DNA of 61,893 bases, filler included, from Dugesia japonica (Eukaryota), in the NCBI GenBank assembly GCA_001938525.1. It is 6 parts of 6 records of this genome, joined end to end, with 100 filler letters (N's around TTAATTAATTAA, not from the genome) between each part and the next. Parts side by side here need not be neighbours in the genome. Positions count along the whole stretch, not along the records: positions 44,116 to 53,374 come from MQRL01625552.1; positions 53,475 to 61,893 come from MQRL01619017.1; 4 more parts are not named here. The stretch is one strand, 5' to 3'. Positions 51,191 to 61,893 of the stretch are shown here, one piece after another (within the stretch, counting starts at the first letter, position 1; the number at the start of each line of letters is the position of its first letter). A model generated the notes under the pieces. That model was not told where the DNA came from and ran no database searches. It worked only from the letters and a program-made list of their open reading frames with translations. The position numbers and the translations under genes were made by a program.

Positions 51191-52005
51191 CTAAAGAATC
51201 TGGGCAAACCATTCATGTTGTTTAAATAATATGATAATTTTAAAATTTTTTGGGAATCTGAGAACAGTCTAAATTTTTGAAAAAATATGTTCTATCTCTC
51301 AGATTTCAAAGAATTTTGTACCAAACTGCTGAAAAATTTACGGTGAACATTTTTCACAAAAAAACTTTTCGAAAAAACATTTTCTTCTCAAATAGCCCAA
51401 CAAAGTTTCTATTCAATAGAGAAGGTTTTGATGATTCCAAATATATTAACGTAAAATCGTCAAACTTAAAAATCGATGAAATAAATGAGTTTTTGTGATG
51501 AAAAAAATGACAAAACGGATCTCAGTGCGCTGATGATAGCTATCGACTCAAATTTGATATTATTTTTGTCAGGAGGAAAAAGTGACTGTACAAATTTAAT
51601 ATATTGTCTCGGAAAAAATGTTTCCTAACGAATATGTACAGCCGCTCGCCCGGATTTGGTGACATTTCTCGAAAATATCAAAAGTACCTCAAAATTTATC
51701 GGAATTGATACTATCAGACTGGAAATGTTATGGTGAATACGAATAAAATGGTTAATAGTCAACTAACTTTATACATAAAAAAGTTATATAAAAAAACAAG
51801 TGCTTTATTCGAGAATCCATGAGGAACATTAAAAATAATAAAAACATACTTTAAAAACTAAATAATAAGATAAAGTCATTTTATAAGGTAAAAGATTTAT
51901 TTAATAAAAATCCGATCAATCTGTCTGTTGTTTAAACATTAACCTGTTTGAAAATACTGAAAAATTAATTAATTAATTAATTTAAATTTAATAAATAACA
52001 AATCA

Positions 52006-53374
52006 TTACCTTTCCACTGTCTGGACTGAATCTATGTCATCTTTATTAGAAGGTGATAATTTACAATGATCATATGGTAAACTTTTATTGTGTTCTACCC
52101 ATACTCGTTTATCATCTGTGTTTGTTAATGCTACTTTTGGATTATTAGAACAATATATTGTGTGGTCTTTAGTAAAAATTCTTAATTGATTTACTGAGAC
52201 CATTTCATTATTATTATAACAATCGAGGAATGACTGATGACGTATGTCAGTACCTTTTAATATTAAACCTTTAGCCTCCATAGAAGTATTTTCGCTAAGA
52301 AAGATGTATCATTTTGGTCTCAAAAAATCCATTCTTTATAACTTATGCCTTTGAACACGTCTGTAAATTTTTCTACAAATGAATTCAAGACATTATTGAA
52401 AAATGGATGATTTTTACTATCATTAAACGTGTCTAACAACCTATCTCTCACCATTAAGTGTAACAATTTCTCTAGTTTAATATCTTTAACCTCTATTTGT
52501 GTCACCTGCAAATATATTTATACAACAATTTTCTTTTTTACAGTTTTTCTCTAAATCTATATACTTAAGCTTAGATAAATCAATTACCGATTGACCAATA
52601 TAACTAGGACGATCTAAATAAACAACATACTTATTAAGTTGAATGATTTTAAAAGTTTTCCTAAGACTCGGTTTGGAAGTATAGGTCGCCAAATTTTAAT
52701 CAGAGTTACAAAGACGGAGATTCATCCTCTTCTTAAAATTTTTAAAAGTCTTGCCGTAAAGACTATTATTGAGCAGTTTATAATAATTTTTATCTAAATC
52801 ATTTTTACTTTCAGATGTTAATGCAGTGTTTCCATCTACATGAGCCTTAAAGATATAATCTTGGTCAAGTTTTACAGCTCTAAAAATTTATGTCACTTCA
52901 ACCCCCATTTGTAAATACAATTGAAGTAGTTTCCAATGTATTACATAGTTTTTTTTGAATGATGTGTAAGTAGTAATTTTTTTAACGTTTTGTACCTGGT
53001 ACTAATTGTGGTTTAGCAGCAACTGGCAAATCACTTAAATAGTTATGTAAATCGTTTGATATAAACAGGTCGACTTCAACACTATAACCATAAGACAACA
53101 AATTTAAGTCTAAAGTCCTACAATCAACAAGAAAATTTTCCAAGTCAGAATGAATCCATTCAAAGTTCTTATAAAGAAGCTTCTGGTTAAAGCCCAAGCA
53201 TATAGATTCTTGATATCTATGTATAGTAGCTCAGTGTTTTCATTAATCTTTACTTATGTTTATTTACAAAAGTAAGACCTCCTTTAATACCAATTTCAAA
53301 GAAAGTGTACATATTTTTGTCAGTCAAAGGTTCAATAAGTTCATTAAGAGTCATTAAGGCAGAAGTCTAACTCA
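52006..53374 (-). pseudogene. Polinton protein-primed DNA polymerase B (C-terminal half)
   Basis: GIKGGLTFV, LLYIDIKNLYAWAL, EVDL, YKLLNNSLYGKT, AGDTN, EAKG, DDKRVW...SLPYDH. Confidence 0.92.
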
Positions 53375-53503
53375 NNNNNNNNNNNNNNNNNNNNNNNNNN
53401 NNNNNNNNNNNNNNNNNNTTAATTAATTAANNNNNNNNNNNNNNNNNNNNNNNNNNNNNNNNNNNNNNNNNNNNAATAAAATAACCATTTACTCGGACTA
53501 ACA

Positions 53504-53753
53504 TGGCGCTCCTCGTTTGAGCGATATCCACAAGGAGGGGCGCAGTTTCGAACCTTCTCTCCGAAAATGTTGAGTAGTAGAAGCAAAAATTGCTTTTTGT
53601 GTCTTGAGGATCTTGCAGTTAAATTTGAATAAACTTAATCTATTTGGTTATTAATTTATGAATAAATCTTTTTTTACATCAATAAACGTGAAATGTTGTC
53701 AAGGTTCGAAACTGTCACATTCCTTGTTGATATCGCTCAAATAAGGAGCGTCA
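53504..53753. mobile_element. MITE with ~53-bp TIRs
   Basis: TGGCGCTCCTCGTTTGAGCGATATC...CAGTTTCGAACCTT versus AAGGTTCGAAACTG...GATATCGCTCAAATAAGGAGCGTCA. Confidence 0.8.
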
Positions 53754-53754
53754 A

Positions 53755-53827
53755 AATAATTGTTGGGCTTAACCATTGATCGCATTTGAGATTTCATAAA
53801 AATGAAGACAAAGCTTCGATCAAAATA
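53755..53827 (-). mobile_element. Penelope-like pLTR end fragment
   Basis: AATAATTGTTGGGCTTAACCATTGATCGCATTTGAGATTTCAT...GCTTCGATCAAAA matches 59720-59876. Confidence 0.7.
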
Positions 53828-53829
53828 GT

Positions 53830-54212
53830 TATTGCAAATATTTATGGATGTGCATTAGTCCAGAAATTACCGTGCAAAGAGTTTCAATGGATTCACACAG
53901 TATTAGAACAAATACTGGGAATATATAATAAAAGACTTGTATTCTTTATCGTATAAATACATTGTAGAAGTAGACATGCAAATTCCAAATGAGCTTCATA
54001 ATTATTTAAGTGATTTACGAATAGTAGCTGATCACCAAAGTGCTCGAAGATCGAAGGTAAAAAAAACTTGAAGAAACGTCTGGATCTCTGGTTATCCGGC
54101 TATGTAATTCAGCTACAAAGTTTATGACCTATACCTCAAAGCCTGGATTCAGAAAAACTATTAAGATAGATGATGACCTAATAGCAGTGTTACTCAATAA
54201 AGAAATTGTTAA
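53830..54212 (+). pseudogene. Polinton pPolB fragment with internal deletion
   Basis: ANIYGCALVQKLPCKEFQWI...EVDMQIPNELHNYLSDL...RKTIKIDDDLIAVLLNK. Confidence 0.75.
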
Positions 54213-54218
54213 TAGTTT

Positions 54219-57208
54219 GTTATATTATAAGATTATAGTATAAAAATTGTTATATTATAAAACTAATAATGTAATACTCATTTTCTTAAATAATTATTAA
54301 CAATAAAGCCAAAACTTTTTAACGTGTACTTAAAAATCAATTCTATGTTTAAAATTTTTATATAAAAATTAAATACAAGGATATAAAATTAATAAAGATT
54401 TTTCAATTATTTTATTAATAATAAAATTCTATATAAGAAAATAATTATTATTTAATATTTTTAGCCAATAGAAAGTGAGTTAATTCGGTAATAAGTTTCA
54501 ATCAGTTCTTTTCAATGATAATTATTTCCAAATAGCAGAGTTGTAGTAGTAAAAAAAATAATGTCTCAAAATAGAGGAGATGATATTAAGAAATTCATAA
54601 AGCAGTGTTAATTGTATTTTGAAGCTAAATCATCACCGATGTGAAACAATAGGAGAGATTAGTCTCTTGTTTTTTAGATGATGATTTGTTTGAAGAATAT
54701 GCAAAGACCTAGAAAAAAGTTGAAGGTTTTCAGACTCGTTTAAGTATGGGATTTGAGAAAGAAAAAGATTTTATCAAAGATTTTCAAAATTTGATTAACT
54801 ACAGGCGTGGAAATGAAGATATTCAAGTTTATTTTAAAAATGTAGAGATTTTGAAAAAAGATTTTTTACAAATAAAGATTTTACTGAAGAAGAAATGGTA
54901 TCAAAGATGCTAGTATATTGTTCAGATAACAAAAATGTTGAAGAAGAATTGATTTTACGTAAACGAGAGAATATAGAAGAAATTAAAGAAACAATGACGT
55001 TAGTAGATAGAGTAAAGAAAAACAGAGATCAAGTTAATGCAGTTAGAAGGGACTCGAGAGTTACAAATCGAAATTATCAGAAACCAGTAAATCATACCGT
55101 GAATAGAGATGCTGATTAAAACAAAATATCAAATGTTGGTTATGTCATAAGATCGGTTATACTAGAGCAAATTGTCCGACCAAAAAAGTGGTAGAATGTT
55201 GAACTTGTCATTAAACATGACATATAAGTCGAGATTGTCCAAACAAAAAACCAACAAAATGTTTTTGCTGTGAAAAAATTGGCCATATTAGAAGGTTATA
55301 TCGAGAATTGAGATGTAAACGATATGGTTATGGTGGACATAAAGCATAAGAGTGCTACAAAAATTTGAAAATGAAAAGAACAAGTGACTGCAGTTAGTTC
55401 AAGAAACCGATATAATCGAGTACATGCAATTGCAGATGAAGATGTCAGTATAAACGATGGATATGATAAAGTATATGAAAATGATTCCAAAAGACAGTGG
55501 AGGTGTTGGTTATAGCCATCCATTATTAAATGAAGTTAGTAATTATTTCGAACCAGTCGAAAAGTGGGATGATATAGGAAAAGTTACAGAAAAAGTAAAT
55601 AGTTTCTAAAGGGGGAAAATTTTGCGGATGATAGAAAAGTAGAATGGGTTAGAACAGTTGAAGCAGAAAGGAAAACACATATTTCGTACCATAAATTGCA
55701 AGGCAGACCAAGTGTTACAGTTTCAATTCAAGAAATAAAGTAGAATGTCTATAAGACACAAGGGCTCAAATTAACGTGATGATTTTGAGTTGTTTTAATA
55801 AATTACGAGAAGGAAATTTAGAAATGAGTGATGAAAGATTGCGTGGTGCAAATAATAGCACACTTGAAATTATTGGGAAAGTTAGAACCGGAGTGATAAT
55901 TGATGAAGTTTGCAAAAAGATTACTTACTTAGTTGCTGAAAGAGTAACGCAAGATCTGATACGAGAAATAGATATGCAGAAGATTTTTGTATACCAGCTT
56001 ATGTGAAAGGTAGATAGCAAAAAGAATGAAAAAGTCGGAAATGACAGTTGCAATATTGAAGCGAAATTTGGAAGACAAATAAAAAAAGGAGAGCGATTGA
56101 CAAGAGCCTTAAATACTTTGAAGATTAAAGAGGATCTGCGATTATTGAAAAAATAAATAAACAAAAAAAATAGATAAATGAGATGTAGGACGCACACATC
56201 TGATAAGACACAAAATAATCACAAGTGTGAACCAATCAATGTAAAACCGTATAGACAAGAATTTGAATTGTGGAATAACGCGGGATGAATTAAGAATAAA
56301 AATCCATTTTTTAAATTTGTACTTGCTTAGAATCTAAAATTGAAGAAACTATCCAAAACCTTTTGGAGAATAATATAATCCGGAAATGCAACTCCACTGA
56401 TATGTGTTTGGAAATAAGAAGAGAAAGACATAAGAATATATTCGCATTTCAGACAAAAGAACCCATTTACTATAAGTACCAGAGGGATTTTTATTTACAA
56501 GCCTTTCCTATTCCTAATGTCGATGAAATGCTGGACAAGTTAAATGGAGCCAAATATTTTAGTTCAATAAATTTAGGAAATGCATACTATCAGGTAAAGC
56601 TCGAAGAAGAATCTCAAGAAAAAACGTTTTGAATAAAGCATGGACAATATTGTTTTAATAGAATGTCATATGGCATCGTAGCTGCATCATCGATATTTCA
56701 AGAGATAATGACAAAAGTGGTAGGCGGAATCAATTAAGCCATGGTTTATCTTGATTACATTCTAATATTTACGAACAATAAAGATCAACACTATGAAGTA
56801 ATCGAAAGAGTATTGACGGAAATAATGAAGGCTGGTCTAAGCATTAATCCAGAAAAGTGTCAGTTTCTTCAAAGCGAATTCAAGTTTCTTAGATATATAA
56901 TTAGCAGGAGTTTTGTCAGAACTGATCCGTCTAACATAGAACAATAAGAACATTTGGCAAACTTAACTGTGTGAAGAAGTTACGAGGTTTCTTAGGAATA
57001 TGTAATTATTGCAGGAAGTTTATTGAAAACCACACAAGAAAATTAAGGATCTTAGACCAGTTGTGTAGCTGGCCAAGCAACAAAAAATTAGAATGGACAG
57101 ATGAAATAAACGATACTTTTGAGGGTCTAAAGAAATCTCTAATGACTGCACCAATATTGTGTTTCCCAGACATAAACAAAGAATTTATATTAGATACAGA
57201 TGCCAGTT
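54219..57208 (+). mobile_element. Ty3/Gypsy copy of the same family as 40895-44015 (putative 5' LTR ~54219-54530, gag from 54561, RT, truncated in RNase H)
   Basis: High nucleotide similarity to the reverse complement of ~41.9-44.0 kb; AFPIPNVDEMLDKLNGAKYFSSINLGNAYYQV, MVYLDYILIF, FILDTDAS; PBS-like TAGCAGAG after ...TTCCA. Confidence 0.92.
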
Positions 57209-57945
57209 AGTATCAAAGTTGAAGAAGGTAATGAAACTCATATCCAAAAGGCAATGATTGAAATTATTTTAAATTATAATGGAGACAGTAAGAAAATTTC
57301 TCTTTTACCGATTGGATATAGAAATAAAAAAGATAGAAAAAAGTCTATTAAAGCTTCTAAAGCATTGCCTCTATGTGGATGGTTGCAGCTTGATTTCATG
57401 GATCAACCAAAATATCTTATTTCTGGTATTAATGTTCACATTCGAATTAAAAGAACAACTTCAAGACTATGTTTCTAATGGATGAACCTGAATATCAATT
57501 ACTTGATGCAAAATTAATGGTTAGAAGAGTTCGAGTTTAATCATCGGTACTGATATCAACAGGGACTAAAGAAGCGAAATGTAGTTTACCCAATAAGATC
57601 CAATGAAATTGTTGCTCATGCTATTAGTAGAGATAGTAAATCGTTTTACTAGTAACAAATCTTTGGAGATCGTCGATTGCCTTAATTTTTGTTGGTAACA
57701 TTTCAAAGTGGAAAACAATATAATGATAGTTATAGAAGCTCTAGCTCAACATTTCAATGTCAAATCTATGGCTTATTTTTTTCAAAACAGTGATTATTGA
57801 GAGTCATATATTCCAGATTTTGAAAACGTTAAATTAAGCACATCTTACATGCTAACAAAAATTTGAATTGTGGAATAACGCGGGATGAATTAAGAATAAA
57901 TATCCATTTTTTAAATTTGTACTTGCTCCGGATTTTGATATTAAT
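57209..57945 (+). pseudogene. Polinton major capsid protein, type 2, second copy
   Basis: KAMIEIILNY...LCGWLQLDFMDQPKYLISGINVHIRIKR...LLDAKLMVRRV parallels 50340-51190. Confidence 0.8.
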
Positions 57946-58019
57946 TAATAATAAATTAATTAATAACAATTAATAAATTAATAACAATTAATAATTATTA
58001 AATTATTTAATTAGTTCAA

Positions 58020-58345
58020 TTCAGATAGATAAATTTCGAAAAGAATGGCTTGGATCAACGTTTCTCAGTGTTATCCATTGGATAAGCTTCCATTTATTCT
58101 TGTTAATAAAGCTTTTATCGTTAATACTCAAACATCAAATATCGGTGGAGAACATTGGTTAGCGGTTTACAATAAAACTGAAAATATACTTTTATTTGAT
58201 CCATTTAGATTTTATTATCCATCATTGTTGGTCTCGCATCTATCAAAATTACCAAATCCAATTATATTTAACAAAATTAGATTTTAAGATCCATTTACTA
58301 CAACTTGAGTTCAGCATTGCTTATTGTATTGCTTATAGTATTATC
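58020..58345 (+). pseudogene. Adenain-like (C5) cysteine protease of Polinton
   Basis: FIVNTQTSNIGGEHWLAVY...FDPF...KIRF*DPFTTT*VQHCL: HW, FD and degenerate Q...CG..C motifs. Confidence 0.85.
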
Positions 58346-58589
58346 AGAAGGATCCACAGACATTTGGTATAAAAACGTTTTGGTATAAAAACATTTTGGT
58401 ATAAAACTTTTTTGGTATAAAAAATTTTTGGTAATAAAACTTTTTGGTCTAAAAACTTTTTGGTAAAAAAATAATTAATAAAAAATAATTAAAAAAAAAT
58501 AATAAAAAATTAATTAATAAAAATTGTTAATAAAAAAATAATTAATAAAAATATAATCAATAAAATATAATTAATAATAAATTTTTTAA

Positions 58590-60247
58590 TTAATATCAGC
58601 ATCTACTATTGTTCCAGGCTCAGAAATTAACAAAAAGATATTTTTCAATAATNNNNNNNNNNNNNNNNNNNNNNNNNNNNNNNNNNNNNNNNNNNNNNNN
58701 NNNNNNNNNNNNNNNNNNNTTTCTTCAATTCTTTGGTTATTTATTATGTACATTTTTTTAATCGGGTGTCTTATTATAATATGACCCGCATCTAGTTGTG
58801 CAATGAGAATTTCATTATCTCTCATCTTTTTTAATGAACTCGATAAATTTCCAAATTGCAGCATGTCTGGATATTATCGCACTCTGAAATTTAGAGTGCC
58901 ATCCCTCTACAACGTTATTAGTTCTTCTTTCATGGTTGATTACATAGTTATAACAATTCTATATTGACATTGAAAACCTTGGTATAATTTCAATCCATTC
59001 AATACCATCTCTTACTAGGCCAATATAATTTGTACCATAAAATCTGACAAATCTATCTAATAAATGATAGCTCTTAAGGCTAACACTTTAAACATATCAA
59101 TTACATCTTCTTGTGGGATAAAAGGCAGTGCCATAAAACATGTAATTGAATTTCTTAATTCAGTATTATCAGCTGTCAAATAACGGGATGACAGTCCATC
59201 TAACTGTATTTTGCGCCAAAGAAACTGATTCAAATGAAATAAACACTCTCTGACGCTAGTATTTATAAGATTTTTTCTTACAGATGTCATCGCAGCTATT
59301 TCAAAATCAACCATCACACTTTCAGGTAAAAACGATAGTCCTATTTGCGATGCAGCGTCAATCAAATGAGAATATATTAAATTATATGTGGCACGAGTCC
59401 TTCTTACACATAAAGCATAGACACATGGTAATGTATGACCAAAAACATCTGCATTAATAGTGTAAAGCTGGTAAAGAAAACTTGAAACTGTATCGAATGT
59501 TCCATCTGCATAAATGTGAGAACTTCTAATTAAAGATCGAATTCCCAAATCAGAATAAAAGATTAAAATTCGATTGGGATCATTTTGCCCGGAATCCAAC
59601 CTAAAAAATGAATCGATGGAATATGTTCTATCATATGGCGCTGTAATTACTAAGCTGTTTAAATCTTGAGGAAGATTTGGTCGCGTAGCATTTTGAACTC
59701 TATTGACCATCTTTATTAATTAAAATAAGATAAGGCTTCGATCAAAACAAAATTTATTTGTAAAAAAAGTTCAAATAAATTTTGTTTTGTTTTGATCGAA
59801 GCCTTATCTTATTTTAATGAAATCTCAAATCCGATCAATGGTTAAGTCCAACAATTATTCTCACAATAATTGTAAACATCTTTATTAAATTCATATGCTC
59901 AAGGATGCTTCTAAGATTTCAATATTAGTAATTTCCCTTATCTCAGTTTGAATTATAGAAGATGATCGTTCATTTGGATTACTCACAGCACTTAATTTGA
60001 TAGCTCTTGTGACAGTTCTAATAGCCGCTATCGATTCATTATTCATATGAACGTGTTCTGTTCTCTTGAATACAGTAACACCATCCCCAATGTCAAAATT
60101 TGTAGTTATTCTTGCCTTGCATGAACTTCTTTATGAGCAAACCCAATATTTCATAGTACAATTAGAGTTTTTTGAATTGTAATAATATTGGTAATCATTA
60201 TCGATGATTATCGGCTTGCCTTTGCTAGACATTACTACAGTTATCAT
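58590..60247 (-). pseudogene. MULE transposase with FLYWCH-like N-terminus
   Basis: SSKGKP...YWVCS*RSSCKARI...HVH; IYADGTF, QLYTI, VMVDFE, CLFHLNQ, RTNNVVEGWH; stops, frameshifts and a 157-bp insertion. Confidence 0.9.
59720..59876 (+). mobile_element. Penelope-like pLTR hairpin mini-insertion
   Basis: 12-bp TSD CATCTTTATTAA (59708-59719 and 59877-59888); inverted repeat TTAAAATAAGATAAGGCTTCGATCAAA / TTTGATCGAAGCCTTATCTTATTTTAA; family end motif GATCAATGGTTAAGTCCAACAATTATT. Confidence 0.85.
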
Positions 60248-60627
60248 TGAAATTAGTCTAAAAAGTCAATTTCTATTAAATTTTCCAGGTCTGATATCAT
60301 AATTAAAACACACGTTAAAACTTTGATATCATATATTAAAAAAATATTATCTTAATATTGTGGGAAAGAATTATAATTCAAAAAAACTGTGCCCAATATA
60401 ATTTAAAAATTAATATTTTTTAAATCATAACATAATAATTTAATAAATTAAATAAAATTTTGATAACTGAATTGATAGATCAATTTGATTTTATAAAACA
60501 AAATTCGAATAAATCTGGTTTTAAAACCAAAATATAAAATCATCTGACTTTATTCCGAAAAGTTTTTATACCAAAAAGCTTTTATACCAAAAGGTTTTTA
60601 TACCAAGTGTCTGGGTACCATCAGAAG

Positions 60628-61545
60628 TACTGGTAGCAAAATCGTTTAAAATAATTAAATAATTCAAGGAAGTAAATATTCTATTTAGAATCAACATAGA
60701 ATTTGTGACAGACGTGGATATTAAAACATGTATGATATCGAATCCAGCTGTCCTTAACCATACGTTTCTCGATGAAGGTATAAAGAATTTAAATGCGAAG
60801 ATTGTAGTAAGGTGTGAATTAGTTAGTAGTTGGATTCTTAACCATATTCTAGAAATTAACTTTAAAAGTATAAAAGTTTGTAAAATTAGTAGACTTTCAC
60901 GAAGTAGCCACATTCCTTATCCTAAAAATTTGGGAAAAAAAGCCTTAGTATAGAATAGTAATCATTTATGCTTTATTTATAGCATTTTTGCAGTTCTTAA
61001 AATATATGAAATTAGAAAAACCAACATCGAGTCGCAAAATTTAAAAATTATATGACAGAAGTAGTATTTGATGAGTTAGACATACATGCCCATAAAACTG
61101 GTAAATATTCCAAAATTTGAGAAGCGAAATCCAGGATATGTGATCAACGTCTTCTCCTGAAATTCACAAACAGTTGAAGATAATGATGACATAGTCATGA
61201 AGCATCTGAACTTGGAGATTATTCTCCGGTTTTAATTAGAAGACGGAAGAAAATTAACTTTTTATTTTTTTAAGGTAGAGAAAAATACCATTACAATGTA
61301 GTAATGGATTTAAACAAATTAATGAATAGAGATATAAAAAGGGACGGTGTACAAATTAGATCAATCTGGTGTCCTAATTTTTTTAATGGATTCAAGGACA
61401 ATATTGCTTTTAAATCCCATAAAGCACTTTGCAACAAAATCTTAACTGGTACAATTAAGTACACAATGCCGACAGAAAAAGAATTAATATTAAAAGAATA
61501 TTCTAAAGCTGACTCCACCATTCGTGATTTATGTCGTTTTTCAGT
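60628..61545 (+). pseudogene. Polinton pPolB N-terminal region
   Basis: SSWILNHI...SSHIPYPKNLGKKAL...HLCFIYSI...IPKFEKRN...INVF...HYNVVMDLNKL...CPNFFNGF...HKALC, typical of the region upstream of the exonuclease domain. Confidence 0.75.
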
Positions 61546-61575
61546 CAGTTTTAGAATAGGATCTGATTTATCATC

Positions 61576-61893
61576 AGTAAATAGGGGGATAGTGGCGCAC
61601 TGCGGCAATTTTTTTAANGCAGTTATCGCGGGAGCTGCGTTTTTTTAACCATGATTTTAGGGTTGGTTTTTTTTTCTAAGATTTTTGGGATCAAGAAAAT
61701 TTTCAAATATCACAAAGAGTACCCTTTTTGAACTTTTTTTGATAGATATATATTTATCATGTTATAGTAGGGGGATAGCGGCACACGGGCCCCAATTTTT
61801 TAAGCAGTTATCGAGGGGGACCCCGGGGGAGCTCGGAAACACATTACGCTTAAGCTGCGTTTTTTTAATTATGATTTTTGTGATGGTTTTTTT
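61576..61893 (+). mobile_element. Two tandem Polinton-like terminal motifs
   Basis: AGTAAATAGGGGGATAGTGGCGCAC (61576) and AGTAGGGGGATAGCGGCACAC (61766), each followed by CAATTTTTTAAGCAGTTATCG...GCTGCGTTTTTTTAA. Confidence 0.55.

Larger units (their letters stand above)
58350..60619 (-). mobile_element. Full-length Mutator-like element with TIRs and TSD
   Basis: TIRs GGATCCACAGACATTTGGTATAAAAAC / GTTTTTATACCAAGTGTCTGGGTACC with ~16-bp subrepeats; ATCAGAA(G) duplicated at 58343 and 60620. Confidence 0.88.

Noticed and set aside
40895-57208. Two inverted Gypsy copies as arms of a giant composite element around the glycosyltransferase and Polinton genes
   Set aside because: Two artificial spacers lie between them and the copies have independent mutations.
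57200-57478. Gypsy pol fused to a capsid as an env-like acquisition
   Set aside because: The Gypsy is cut mid-RNase H and the MCP lacks its N-terminus and has stops; better explained by insertion into a Polinton followed by deletion.
1-61893. tRNA, rRNA or prokaryotic operon/defence system
   Set aside because: No cloverleaf or rRNA-like sequence seen; spliceosomal introns and eukaryotic TEs throughout.

Overview
Very AT-rich eukaryotic (metazoan) draft-assembly sequence. Composition, (AAT)n tracts and the repeat repertoire suggest a planarian-like flatworm, but this is inference only. Five artificial ~100-bp spacers (N-TTAATTAATTAA-N, at ~15.5, 24.9, 35.5, 44.0 and 53.4 kb) split it into six blocks, so adjacency across them may not be real. 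Most of the window is decayed mobile DNA: three Ty3/Gypsy copies (one with 114-bp LTRs and RT deleted); many Polinton/Maverick (adintovirus-like) fragments (pPolB, two kinds of major capsid protein, packaging ATPase, adenain protease, terminal motifs); a MULE with TIRs and TSD; mariner, hAT and piggyBac remnants; MITEs; and Penelope-like remnants carrying minimal hammerhead ribozymes. Probable host genes are an intact single-exon GT32 (DxD) glycosyltransferase (46808-47782), two MAP1/futsch-like exons and two laminin-G-like exons. The best candidate for something undescribed is a head-to-head pair of small genes found twice in strongly diverged form (22.4-23.6 kb and 44.5-45.6 kb). One gene keeps the same intron position in both copies, and one copy lies inside a ~2.7-kb TIR-bounded unit with no recognisable transposase or polymerase. 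Also notable are a tandem cluster of minimal hammerheads, TSD-flanked hairpin mini-insertions and repeated locally templated 55-70-bp insertions. All family assignments are by eye from motifs; no database searches were run.
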